The position numbers and the translations under genes were made by a program. Shown piece by piece: positions 49,568-60,810 of a stretch of 64,000 nucleotides of DNA (positions within the stretch are counted from its first letter, which is position 1; each line of letters opens with the position of its first letter). The DNA is taken from positions 32,001 through 96,000 of the forward strand of contig JASFQK010000014.1 in the NCBI GenBank assembly GCA_050115495.1. Reading direction: 5' to 3'. This DNA comes from Phycisphaerae bacterium. GTDB lineage: Bacteria; Planctomycetota; Phycisphaerae; UBA1845; Fen-1342. Under the pieces are notes generated by a model that was not told the origin of the DNA, made no database searches, and saw only the letters and a list, made by a program, of their open reading frames with translations.

Positions 49568-50161
49568 ATGGCCCGACCCAGCAATACGGATGAGCGACGC
49601 AAGGCCCTGGTGCCCGTGGTCGCCCACACCTTCGCCGAGCTCGGCTACCGCCGAACGACCACGGCGGTGCTCGCCCGCCGGTGCGAGGTGCAGGAGAACA
49701 TCCTCTATCGTCTCTGGGCCGACAAGAAGGCCATGTTCATCGCCGCCATCGAGTACGTGTACGAGATGTCGGTCGCCATCTGGCGGAAGATGCTCCAGGC
49801 CCAGGACGACGGCCGGACGACGGCCGAGCGGCTGCTGGCGTACGAGGCGGAGCACTTCGGCGAGTTCGGGCACTACCGCATCGTCTTTGCCGGGCTGAGC
49901 GAGACGGATGATCCCGACATCCGGGCCGCCCTGGCCGACATGTACCGTCGCTACCACCGCTTCATCCAGCGGGAGATCCGGGCCCACCGCGAGGAGCGGG
50001 GCTGCGACGGCGCCCCGGAGGCGACACTGGCCGCCTGGGCGGTGATCGGGCTCGGCACGGTGACCGGTATCGCCCGCGAGCTGACCCTGCTCGGCGACCG
50101 ACAACGGCGGCGGGCCTTCGGCGAGATCGGACGAACGTTACTGGAGGGCGCGACGGACTGA
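49568..50161 (+). CDS. TetR/AcrR family transcriptional regulator
   Basis: MARP...FAELGYRRTTT..LARRCEV....LYRLWADKKAMF HTH. Confidence 0.9.
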   Translation: MARPSNTDERRKALVPVVAHTFAELGYRRTTTAVLARRCEVQENILYRLWADKKAMFIAAIEYVYEMSVAIWRKMLQAQDDGRTTAERLLAYEAEHFGEFGHYRIVFAGLSETDDPDIRAALADMYRRYHRFIQREIRAHREERGCDGAPEATLAAWAVIGLGTVTGIARELTLLGDRQRRRAFGEIGRTLLEGATD

Positions 50162-50190
50162 GGACGCCCGCCCCGTTTTTTTGAACATCG

Positions 50191-50208
50191 TGTAAGTGAA
50201 TGCTTACA
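50191..50208. promoter_or_regulatory. second copy of the TetR operator
   Basis: TGTAAGTGAATGCTTACA, one mismatch to the 49519-49536 core. Confidence 0.8.
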
Positions 50209-50237
50209 ATTGGCCGGACCGCAAGCAGGAGGATGAC

Positions 50238-51815
50238 ATGAGACCCCTACCGTACATCTCGATCGCGGCTGTCGGAGTGATGCTACTGCTCGCCCTGAGC
50301 GTCGTCGGTTGCCAGAGCGCCGTCGATCGCCAGGCCGCCGAGCTGTTCGAAGCCAAGCTCGGCAACACGTCCATCACCGTTTTCGCCACCTATGTCCGGG
50401 ACGGCGAAACACCCACGTACGATCCGGCGTCCGCCGGCGAGATCGGCGATCTGCTCGCCAACGACGGCGTGGCCACGGTCACGCAGGACGCCAGCGAGGT
50501 TCCGATCACCAGCGAGTGGGGTATGAACGAGGCTCGCATGTTCCAGGAAAGCCTCGCCAACTTCACCGCCTATCTCGGCGAGCACCCGCTCACGACGGAG
50601 TACGGCCTGCTCGCCGAGTACCTCATCGGCGGACAAGGCGTGCCCGTCGGCGTGCACATCTACGTGGTCGACGGCGAGGGCCGCTGTGCCTACGGCACGG
50701 GCGTGAATTCGCACCACGACGCGTTCAACAGCGTCAATCCGCAGAACGTCGCGGACTGCACCACGATCGCACTCAACGTCCTAAATGACGACCTCGTCGC
50801 CAAGCTGGCCGCGAAGCCGGCGGCTGCCGCCGGCAACCTGGGACCGGACACGTCGGTGACGGTTCTGCCCATCGCGATGGCGGGCAATGCGTCGAAGGAT
50901 GTGGCGGACGTCGTCGGCCTGATCCTCGAGCGGGACGGCATGCCGAACGTGTGGACGACCGCGACGACCTACGCGCCGGCGGCCGAGGCCGTCTGGGAAG
51001 ACGTCATCACCGGCTTCGGCGAGTTCATCGTCGCCAATCCGATCGACACCGACGTCGCCGTCTACGGCCAATATCTCGGCAAACCGGGCGTGGGCGTCGA
51101 CGAAGTCCGCGCCGTCATCGTGGACCGGGCGGGGAATGTGCTGTGGTCCGACCGCCAGACGCCCGACGACGCCGACTTCCAGCGGATCAACCCGCGAAAC
51201 CCGATGACCTGCTGCATGCTGCTGGGCGAGCGGCTGCACACGCCGTTCGGGCTGTCGTCGGCGACGGCCGGCCGCGTCGGCGAAGGTCGCATGGCCCGGC
51301 TGTGGAAAGAGAAGTCCGGCACGCCGACAGACGAAGAGCAGTCGGCGATCCGTGCCCGGCAGCAGACGATGAAGGCGGCCCGAGCCACGACGACGCTCAG
51401 CGTATACCCCGTGCTCGCCGGTCCCGAGCCGAACCGGGCGCAGGCGGAGAATCTGGCCGGGCTGCTGGCCACGGACCTGTCGATGACGACGGTCGTCGCC
51501 GACCGGGACGTGCGGCTGCAAGTACCGCCGAACAGCAACGAGCAGCGCCGGTTATGGGACCTCGCCCGCGCGTTCCAGGCGGAGGTTCGCGAGAATCCCC
51601 CCGCCGGCGATTACGCCCTCTACGCCGAGTACGTCATTCGCACCAGCGATCAGAAGGTCTGGTCGGTGCACTTCGTGGTGTGCGACAAGGCCGGCGAGCT
51701 GGTGGTCGTCGATTTCCAGAACGAGTACCAGCCGGACTTCGTCGCCCTGCGTCCGCGGACCGTCGAGGACTGCAACAAACTGGTGGCCGTGCGTCTGGCC
51801 CACTGTCTGGAGTAG
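50238..51815 (+). CDS. lipoprotein with three tandem alpha/beta repeat domains
   Basis: VVGC lipobox; three homologous units of about 150 aa. Confidence 0.8.
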   Translation: MRPLPYISIAAVGVMLLLALSVVGCQSAVDRQAAELFEAKLGNTSITVFATYVRDGETPTYDPASAGEIGDLLANDGVATVTQDASEVPITSEWGMNEARMFQESLANFTAYLGEHPLTTEYGLLAEYLIGGQGVPVGVHIYVVDGEGRCAYGTGVNSHHDAFNSVNPQNVADCTTIALNVLNDDLVAKLAAKPAAAAGNLGPDTSVTVLPIAMAGNASKDVADVVGLILERDGMPNVWTTATTYAPAAEAVWEDVITGFGEFIVANPIDTDVAVYGQYLGKPGVGVDEVRAVIVDRAGNVLWSDRQTPDDADFQRINPRNPMTCCMLLGERLHTPFGLSSATAGRVGEGRMARLWKEKSGTPTDEEQSAIRARQQTMKAARATTTLSVYPVLAGPEPNRAQAENLAGLLATDLSMTTVVADRDVRLQVPPNSNEQRRLWDLARAFQAEVRENPPAGDYALYAEYVIRTSDQKVWSVHFVVCDKAGELVVVDFQNEYQPDFVALRPRTVEDCNKLVAVRLAHCLE

Positions 51816-51852
51816 CTGACCGAACGGGCCGGTTGCCGTGAGGCACACGAGC

Positions 51853-52833
51853 ATGAATACCCAGGTCATCGAAACGCCGGGCCGTCTCTCGTTCAAGCGG
51901 CTCATGCTGCGAGCCCTGGTGGTGTCGCTCGCCACCTGCGCCCTTGTGGCGGTCGGGGCTTTGCTGCTGGGTAAGTTTGACGAGACGACGGTCCGCATTT
52001 TGCTGACCCTCGGGGCGCTCGCCCTGCACAGCGGCGTGGCGATGGCCTGCGCCGCCTCACTGGAACGACGGCTGTGGCCACGGCTGAGCCTGCTGGGCCT
52101 CCTGGCCTTTGGGATCAACTTCTGTGTGCTCATCTCCTGTATCTGGTGGCCCGGGGGCCTGGACACGCCGGCGGTGAGAGCTTTCCTCACTACCGGCGTT
52201 GTCCTCGCTACGTACATCGTGGCGATTCCTTCCGCCGATCTGTACGACCGGCGGTACGCGCAGCCGGTGGCGATGGCCGGCATGGCGGCCTGCGTCGCGG
52301 CGTTGGTCATGACGCTGGTCTGCATCTGGAGCGAGTGGACGGATGATCTCACTTTCGCCAAGGCGACGGGCATCGTCGCCGTGGGGGCGTTCTCGCTCGC
52401 GCATACGTGCATCGTGGTGCGTGTTCCCCGCGACGGTGCGCTGATCTGGCTGGTGGGCGGCACGCTGGTCTTCATCTGGACGCTGGCGGCGATGTGGTCG
52501 ACCGCCATCGTCATCGAGCCTACCGACGAGATGTTCTTCCGCGTGTTCGGCGCGGTGGGCGTGCTGGACGCCACCGGTTCGCTCGCCCTGCTCATTCTGG
52601 CCAAGCTTCGGCGGATGGCCAGGCCGGAGCTGATGCAGTCGACGGCTGTCACGCTCGAGCTGCACTGCCCGCGCTGTCGGCTGGAGCAGGTCGTGCCCGC
52701 CGGGAAGTCGCAGTGTTCGGCGTGCGGCCTGAAGTTCACGGTCGAGATCGAGGAGCCGCGCTGCCCGAAGTGTGACTACCTGCTCTGGCAACTTCCCGAG
52801 CGGCGCTGCCCGGAGTGCGGGACACCGTTTTGA
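51853..52833 (+). CDS. membrane protein with C-terminal double zinc ribbon
   Basis: About 8 TM helices; CPRC...CSAC and CPKC...CPECG. Confidence 0.8.
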   Translation: MNTQVIETPGRLSFKRLMLRALVVSLATCALVAVGALLLGKFDETTVRILLTLGALALHSGVAMACAASLERRLWPRLSLLGLLAFGINFCVLISCIWWPGGLDTPAVRAFLTTGVVLATYIVAIPSADLYDRRYAQPVAMAGMAACVAALVMTLVCIWSEWTDDLTFAKATGIVAVGAFSLAHTCIVVRVPRDGALIWLVGGTLVFIWTLAAMWSTAIVIEPTDEMFFRVFGAVGVLDATGSLALLILAKLRRMARPELMQSTAVTLELHCPRCRLEQVVPAGKSQCSACGLKFTVEIEEPRCPKCDYLLWQLPERRCPECGTPF

Positions 52834-53341
52834 CGGCGTAGCGTCTCCCGGCGCGCCGGGATGCTGGACGTCGTGGTAGCGTCCGGGCTCCGTACCGGAC
52901 GTCTTCGGCGAGCCATGAGCCGGAGGGTGGCATGCTGAAGCCTTAGGCGCCGGCATGTGCGGGTTGCGAAAGTCTGTTCGTTCCCCGGCAAAGCAGCAGC
53001 ACTGCTCAAGAGCAGTGGCACACCGGTGGTGGGTGCGCGTTCGGGAGCGGGGGCTCATGCGGTGGGGATCTGCAATTTCAAATCTGAGATTGGGCTGCAG
53101 GGGGCTGACCCGCTCGCTACCGCTCGGGGCTCGGACTGGCGCCTGTGCGGAGCGACCCGCTCGCTGCCGCTCGGGGCTCGGAGGGGGTGGCGGTGTGCCC
53201 CTGCCCGCTGTCGCTGATCCCCCGCTGCCATCTCGGGGTCGACCTGCTATAATGACGGGACTCGATTCGTTGGCGCATGAACGCGCCTGGACCGGCCATT
53301 CGAGCGCTCGGTCCCCCGTTTCATCCCGGAGACCTCGGAAC

Positions 53342-54994
<1,653 letters not shown>

Positions 54995-55009
54995 CCCCCG
55001 CCGGCGTTG

Positions 55010-56434
55010 CTACGCGTTTCCGCGCGACGCGTTGCCTGCTCCGCCGAGCTCGTGCAGCTTCACGAAACGCATGCCGACTTCGTACCAGCCGTCGACATAG
55101 TCCTCGCAACGAACGATGTCCGCTTCGAGGTACTCGAGGTTCCACGAGCGGGCCAGCAGGTACACGTGCACGCGCTGGCCGAGGCGGACCGGCTTCTGAC
55201 TGAGCACGCCCAACCCCGCACGGGAGATGTTGTACGCCACCACCGGTTGCGCCGGGCCCTCCTGCTGCGGACCCGCCGGCCCCTCGCCCACGGCGTGCAG
55301 CCGGGCCGGGCAGTTGAAGCAGTAGCGTTTGTGCTCACGCTGATCGGCCCACTGTTCCTCATCGGGCGGCGCTGGCGGATGCGGCGTCACGGTGCTCCGG
55401 GCCGCGCGGACCATCCCGACCCAGGCCTCCATGACTTCGCCGTCGTGCTTTGCCGGCGTCTCGCTCTTGAGAATCTCCAGGGCCTGGTCCACGCCGATCG
55501 TGCGCTGCTTGAAGGGCCGGAAGGCCGTCATCGCGTCAAACGCGTCCACGACCGCGCACATGCGGCTGATCGGATGGATGTCCTGATCGCGCAGGCCGTC
55601 CGGATAGCCGCTGCCATCCAGCCGTTCGTGGTGCTGCCGGATCACGGTCGTGACGAGCGGATCGATGTCGGCGTAGGCGGCGATGTGCTCGCAGCCCATT
55701 TCCGGGTGCCGCCGCAGCAGCCACCAATCGTCCTCGGTCAGCTTGCCCTGCTTGTTGAGCACTTCCTCGGGCACGTACAGCTTGCCGATGTCATGGAGCA
55801 GGCCGGCCTCGCAGATGTGCGTCAGATCCTCGGTGCTGCGGTAGCCCAACTGGTAGGCCAGCGGCACGAGGCTCGTGGCCACGTTCACCAGGTGCGTCGC
55901 GGTGTAGAAATCGTGATGGGAAGCGGTAAACAGGTGTGAGAAGGACGACGGGTCGCTGAGCACCATGGTGGCGATGCTGCGAGCCACGCCCTCCATCCGC
56001 CGCGGCATGTTCGCCCGATCCGGGTCGGTGAGCACCTCGTTCACCAGTTCGAGACCCGTTTCGTAGATAATCGTCGCCTTCGACGAAATGGCCATGCGCG
56101 GATCCGCGGCCACGTGCCGAATTTCGGACTCCGCCTGGTCGTGGAACTGCCGCTGGTCGGCCATTCGGACGTAGACCAGCTCCACGCCACTGTGGAGCAA
56201 CCGCTCCCGATCCTCTTCGTTCAGCGGTCGCTCGCCGTTCAGATACGGAGCGTAGAGCGGTTCGGCATCTGCTCCGGCGCGATCCGGCTGAACACGCAGG
56301 AATATCGGGATGTTCGTGAAAGCCCCCGCGGGAATGTGAGTCAGCGGAACCGGCAGATACCCGGCTCGTGTCGAGGTGGACTTGCCGATGGCTGTCCGCT
56401 CGTCAATACTCGCCGCTCCGACTGACTCACTCAC
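55010..56434 (-). CDS. HD-GYP phosphodiesterase with C-terminal PilZ domain
   Basis: LLHDIGK, HHERLDGSGYPDGL, DAFDAMT..RPF; REHKR...NISRAG (PilZ); start uncertain. Confidence 0.88.
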   Translation of the reverse strand: MSESVGAASIDERTAIGKSTSTRAGYLPVPLTHIPAGAFTNIPIFLRVQPDRAGADAEPLYAPYLNGERPLNEEDRERLLHSGVELVYVRMADQRQFHDQAESEIRHVAADPRMAISSKATIIYETGLELVNEVLTDPDRANMPRRMEGVARSIATMVLSDPSSFSHLFTASHHDFYTATHLVNVATSLVPLAYQLGYRSTEDLTHICEAGLLHDIGKLYVPEEVLNKQGKLTEDDWWLLRRHPEMGCEHIAAYADIDPLVTTVIRQHHERLDGSGYPDGLRDQDIHPISRMCAVVDAFDAMTAFRPFKQRTIGVDQALEILKSETPAKHDGEVMEAWVGMVRAARSTVTPHPPAPPDEEQWADQREHKRYCFNCPARLHAVGEGPAGPQQEGPAQPVVAYNISRAGLGVLSQKPVRLGQRVHVYLLARSWNLEYLEADIVRCEDYVDGWYEVGMRFVKLHELGGAGNASRGNA

Positions 56435-56703
56435 GGCCGTGCTCCGCAGCCTCCTCCCCCCAAGCTCCAGAGCTCTGTTGCATCCATGGCGCCCCGCCCA
56501 CCCGTATGGCCGACGCCTCCGGTCGTTCATCGACGTGCAGGCGGTCCCTCTTGAGGATGACCTCTCATCCGTGTACAGGCGGGCGCGCACGGCGAGATTC
56601 CCGTGCGCACGGAAACCCCGCCGCGGATTATCAGCCGCCGGTTGGGCCTTCGCCCCCAAGCATCAGGCATCGACACGCAACGTCCGTCGCAACCGTTCCC
56701 GGC

Positions 56704-59226
56704 CTACGGAGGTGGCAGCAGCAGGTCCACGAACGGACCAATGTCGAAGTTGTCCACGTTGCCGTCACCGTTCACATCCGCCAGCATTCGGTTACAGCCG
56801 GGGTAGGCCGCGTAGTATTCGAGATAATCCGGCGGCGTGGCGGTGAGGGCCTTGATGAACGCGTTGACGTCGAAGTTGTCGATCGCTCCGTCGCAGTTGA
56901 GGTCGCCGATGGCTTGCTCCGGCTGGAACCAGTCGAGGATGTGCTCAAGCATGGTGGCCCGAGCTTCCGCCGTCGGCAGCGCCTCGAACGGGAAGCCCCA
57001 GAACGTTGTCCGATAAGCGCCGGTGTCCTTATTCACGGCCGCATTGCCGGCGTTGCCGGTGAACGCCACCTCAGCGTCCGGGTCGGCGTTGATCGTGTCG
57101 CTGTAGTTCGAAAACGGGTAGCTCAGGCTATACGGCCCCATCCCGCCGAACACCGAGCCGGTACCGGTCACGGTCGTCTGTGACACGTCGCTGGTCGCGC
57201 TGGATACACCCAGATAGGTGCTCATGAAGTTCGTCAGCCCGCGGTCGTAGTAGTAGTCCTGCCCGCTGATGAACAGGCATCTCCCGCTATCCAGGTAGGT
57301 TGCCAGAGCCATTTCGCCCGCGGCACCCGGGCCAGCCGCGCCACCGTACTCCACACCGGTGAACCAGATCACGACTTCGTACGGGGCCAGTTCGATCGCA
57401 CTGGGCTCGTTGTCCGAGTTATTCGTGTCCCAGAGGTCGTAGTCGTAGCCCAGCGTGGCCAGCGCTGTCGTGTAGTAGGACCGCACGTCCGGGTTGTTGT
57501 CGTCGTCATCGACGAGAAGGATGCTCGGCGTGTCCCGGGTCGTGAAGCTGAACGTCTCCGAGAACTCGCCGTCGCCACACCCGTTCTCCGCCCGCACGTG
57601 CCAGTAGTACGTCCGAAGCGGCTCCAGGGCGACACCGACTCTGTGGCTGGTCCCCGGCCCGCCGGCCGCGTCGAGGATGTACGTGAACGAGCTGTCCGCG
57701 GCCACCTCCACGTAGTATTCCAGAGCCCCGCTCGCGGCGTTCCACACGAGTTCCGGCGCCAGCGTCACGTTCGTCTCGCCGTTACCGGGCGATACGAGCG
57801 TCACCGTCCCCGGCAGGTCGTTCGACAAGTTGAGCCCGACGAACGCCGAACGCTGTCGCGACGCCGACGTCCCGCGCACCTCGACATCGTACTCACCGGC
57901 CGGAGCCATCGACAGGTCACTCACCGTCAACACCGTCGTGAACGGCGGCACCTGCCCGTTCACACTGAACTGGGCCGCCGCCCCCGCCGGCAGCGACTTG
58001 GCCGACAGCGTCACCGTTTCGGCGAACTCGCCGACCGGCTTCACCTGGATCGTGTACACCGCCTCGTCATCGCCCGGCAGGCACAGGTCCTGCGTCGCCG
58101 GCGTCGCGACCATCTTGAACCCATGGCCACCCGGCAAATACAGCGCGGGATCACCCATCAGGTTGAACATCTCCGCCATGTTCCGCCGCACGTCCTCCGT
58201 GAAGTAGGTGTCGTTGATCAGGCGGTAGATGCCCGCCTGCCAAGCCGGCCCCACCTCCCAGATGTCGTCAACGAAGAAGGACTCGAAGAAATACTTCTCC
58301 AGTCGGCGTGAGGACTCCCATTGATCCCCGCCGTAGTAGATGAACGTCGAGGCCGAGATGTAGGCCGCGGCTCCCTTCCCGATCGCCCGCTGCCACGTCT
58401 CCGCGTAGCACTCCGGGTACTCGAAGTGCGTCGTGCTGCACGAGAAACCGAAGACCAGGCCGTACAGGTTCTCGTTGTCCAGGGCGTTCACGTTGCCCTG
58501 CTCGAAGGACGGCGCCCACCAGCCCTCGCTACCGCTGTGCCCGAAGTACACCGTGAACAGGCAGCCCTCGTTCACGGCGTTGGTGACATCGCTCGTGTTT
58601 CCACCCAGCCGGGCGTAGATCTTCACGCTCTCGAATTCGGCAGGGTCCAGGTAGTTGGCGATTACCCAGTTGTGCGTCTCTTCGGCCCCGCTGCCGGTGT
58701 CGTTGGTGGCCAGCAGCGCCGCCCGACGCACGTAGTCCGGATTCGGGTAAATGCCGCTCTCCACCACCATGATCTTGTCGACGATGTATTCGAGCATGTC
58801 CGGGTCGGTGGCGGAAAGCCGCCCGATGAAGACGTCCGGATACCAGTCGTCGCCCGGATCCATGCAGGCGTACGGCAGGTCAGTCGTCGCGTGCTTCGTT
58901 GCGCCGCCCGACCAGTGCGGAATGGTGTACGTGTCCGAGGTCGAACCGCTCGTGTCGCCCACGAGCACGATGTAGTCCGGCGCGTCGGGCGTTCCCCATG
59001 ACTCCTGGATTGTCTCTTTGATCGTCGTGTTGCTCGTCCCGGACGGAACCAGGTACAATGTCACGTTGAAGCCGGTCCCGTTGCGCAGCGCGATCAGATT
59101 GTTGAGGCCGGTCGAGTTGTTGTAGCCCTCGGCGGCCACGATCAGGTAATTGCCCCCGCCCGCGCTCGCCGCCATCACGACGCCCGCGGCCAGGCATACG
59201 GCCAACAACCTCTTCACTCCCTGCAT
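56704..59226 (-). CDS. C25 (gingipain-like) cysteine peptidase with Ig/FN3-like domains and dockerin-like tail
   Basis: YIVLVGD, DLPY, DVFIGRLS, YFGHSG, GFSCST, NLMGDPAL; tail GDLNCDGAIDNFDV. Confidence 0.9.
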   Translation of the reverse strand: MQGVKRLLAVCLAAGVVMAASAGGGNYLIVAAEGYNNSTGLNNLIALRNGTGFNVTLYLVPSGTSNTTIKETIQESWGTPDAPDYIVLVGDTSGSTSDTYTIPHWSGGATKHATTDLPYACMDPGDDWYPDVFIGRLSATDPDMLEYIVDKIMVVESGIYPNPDYVRRAALLATNDTGSGAEETHNWVIANYLDPAEFESVKIYARLGGNTSDVTNAVNEGCLFTVYFGHSGSEGWWAPSFEQGNVNALDNENLYGLVFGFSCSTTHFEYPECYAETWQRAIGKGAAAYISASTFIYYGGDQWESSRRLEKYFFESFFVDDIWEVGPAWQAGIYRLINDTYFTEDVRRNMAEMFNLMGDPALYLPGGHGFKMVATPATQDLCLPGDDEAVYTIQVKPVGEFAETVTLSAKSLPAGAAAQFSVNGQVPPFTTVLTVSDLSMAPAGEYDVEVRGTSASRQRSAFVGLNLSNDLPGTVTLVSPGNGETNVTLAPELVWNAASGALEYYVEVAADSSFTYILDAAGGPGTSHRVGVALEPLRTYYWHVRAENGCGDGEFSETFSFTTRDTPSILLVDDDDNNPDVRSYYTTALATLGYDYDLWDTNNSDNEPSAIELAPYEVVIWFTGVEYGGAAGPGAAGEMALATYLDSGRCLFISGQDYYYDRGLTNFMSTYLGVSSATSDVSQTTVTGTGSVFGGMGPYSLSYPFSNYSDTINADPDAEVAFTGNAGNAAVNKDTGAYRTTFWGFPFEALPTAEARATMLEHILDWFQPEQAIGDLNCDGAIDNFDVNAFIKALTATPPDYLEYYAAYPGCNRMLADVNGDGNVDNFDIGPFVDLLLPPP

Positions 59227-59438
59227 GGGTTTTCTCCTTTCGGCCTTCCCATCCCATCGAATCGAGGACCTGCCGGCAGACAACCTCTCTTCCTGCGCGG
59301 TTGACGTGGTGCCGTCGCGCACAACCTCCTCCTCACCCGAACGCCCCCACCGCCCGGGGTTGCCGGCATTTCACGTTCAGTTTACACAGATTACCCCCCG
59401 GCGCCCCTCCCTTTTTTGGCCCCTTTCCCGCACCCGTG

Positions 59439-59669
59439 CTAGTCGAACCAGTCCTCGATGTCGTCGAGTACGTCGTCCAGCCAGTCGTCCACGTCGTGGC
59501 GACGGTGGTGATGGTCGTTGACGTCGTCGGCCCAGTCGTCGAGCGTGTCCGACGCGTTATCCAGGAAGTCCGCCGCCTCCCGCAGATAGTCGTCGCACCC
59601 CACGTTCATCGACAGGAGCAAAGCGGCCACAGCGAACAGGGCGGCAAGCGGCACGGCTTGGCGGCGCAT
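59439..59669 (-). CDS. small acidic His/Asp/Trp-rich lipoprotein
   Basis: Signal ending NVGC; DDWADDVNDHHHRRHDVDDWLDD. Confidence 0.65.
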   Translation of the reverse strand: MRRQAVPLAALFAVAALLLSMNVGCDDYLREAADFLDNASDTLDDWADDVNDHHHRRHDVDDWLDDVLDDIEDWFD

Positions 59670-59822
59670 GGCGGTTACCCTCGATGACGGCGCCTGCGGA
59701 ACACACTGCGAGCCACCCCGGCTCGACAGCCGTTCCACGGATTCCATTCTGCTAGACACAGTCTTCCCCCCGGCGTTAGCGGACCGCCCCCGCCGCCGGT
59801 CAACAGCCCCGCGAACAGGCGC

Positions 59823-60053
59823 TCACGGCGTCCCGACGAGGCCCGAGGTCGCTCCCTTCTCGATGCCCGATAACTCAGCCTCCGGTCCGCCAAATAGGTT
59901 TTGCAGGCTACGCAGCGCCCGCCGTTCCTGCTTCAGGGCGTCCTTGTAAGTGCTGGTCATCGTGTGGCGAATCTCGGGGCCGATCTCGCGGAGGGCCGCC
60001 TCGACGAGTTGAAGCACCAGTGTCTGTTGTTCTGAGGTCAGCTCAACCTTCAT
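59823..60053 (-). CDS. small helical hypothetical protein
   Basis: AAGGAGG RBS; MKVELTSEQQ...EIRHT. Confidence 0.65.
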   Translation of the reverse strand: MKVELTSEQQTLVLQLVEAALREIGPEIRHTMTSTYKDALKQERRALRSLQNLFGGPEAELSGIEKGATSGLVGTP

Positions 60054-60135
60054 GCCTGATCCTCCTTGCATCTATCTCAATTATACAGCATGATTTGCGC
60101 CCCTCATGCCCGAGTTGCGGAAGGGAGCGCCTTAT

Positions 60136-60807
60136 ATGGCGAGCTACTACGACGAGCACCTCGCCGCCGACCATTTGAAGCGGTGCTACGACCTCGCCCC
60201 GCCGCGCGTGCGGCGGTATCTCGCCGCGGAAATCCGGCATGTCGTGTCCCGGATTCGACGCACCGACGCGGTCCTGGAGCTCGGCTGCGGCTATGGACGC
60301 GTTCTGCGTGAGCTGTCGCCACACTGCGCAACCGTCACAGGCATCGACACGTCGGCGTCGAGCATCGCCCTCGCCCGCGATACGCTTCGCGATCTCGCGA
60401 ACTGCCGAGTTATTGAGATGAACGCCGCGGCGCTCGAGTTCTCGGACCACGCCTTCGACGTGACCTGCTGCATCCAGAACGGCGTGTCGGCGTTCAAGGT
60501 CGATCCCCCCCTGCTGCTCGCCGAGTGCATGCGTGTCACTCGCCCTGGCGGGCGCGTGCTGCTGTCGAGCTACGCCGAGCGGTTCTGGCCGGACCGGCTC
60601 GCGTGGTTTGAGCTTCAGGCGGACGCCGGCCTGCTCGGCCCAATCGACCGCGAGGCCACGGGCGACGGGGTCATCGTGTGCAAGGACGGGTTCCGGGCCA
60701 CGACCTTCAGCCCCGACCAGTTTCGTGCGCTGGTCGCGGCGGCGGGCCTGGCGGCCCACGTCGAGGAAGTGGACGAATCAAGCGTGTTCTGTGAGGTGCA
60801 ATGCTGA
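60136..60807 (+). CDS. class I SAM-dependent methyltransferase
   Basis: VLELGCGYGR, GIDTS, RVTRPGG. Confidence 0.9.
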   Translation: MASYYDEHLAADHLKRCYDLAPPRVRRYLAAEIRHVVSRIRRTDAVLELGCGYGRVLRELSPHCATVTGIDTSASSIALARDTLRDLANCRVIEMNAAALEFSDHAFDVTCCIQNGVSAFKVDPPLLLAECMRVTRPGGRVLLSSYAERFWPDRLAWFELQADAGLLGPIDREATGDGVIVCKDGFRATTFSPDQFRALVAAAGLAAHVEEVDESSVFCEVQC

Positions 60808-60810
60808 GGG

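Noticed and set aside
59360..59392. Shared promoter motif (TTGCCG...GTTTACA..GATT) with 32048-32070 for the two protease genes
   Set aside because: Opposite orientation relative to the respective genes and a short match; likely chance
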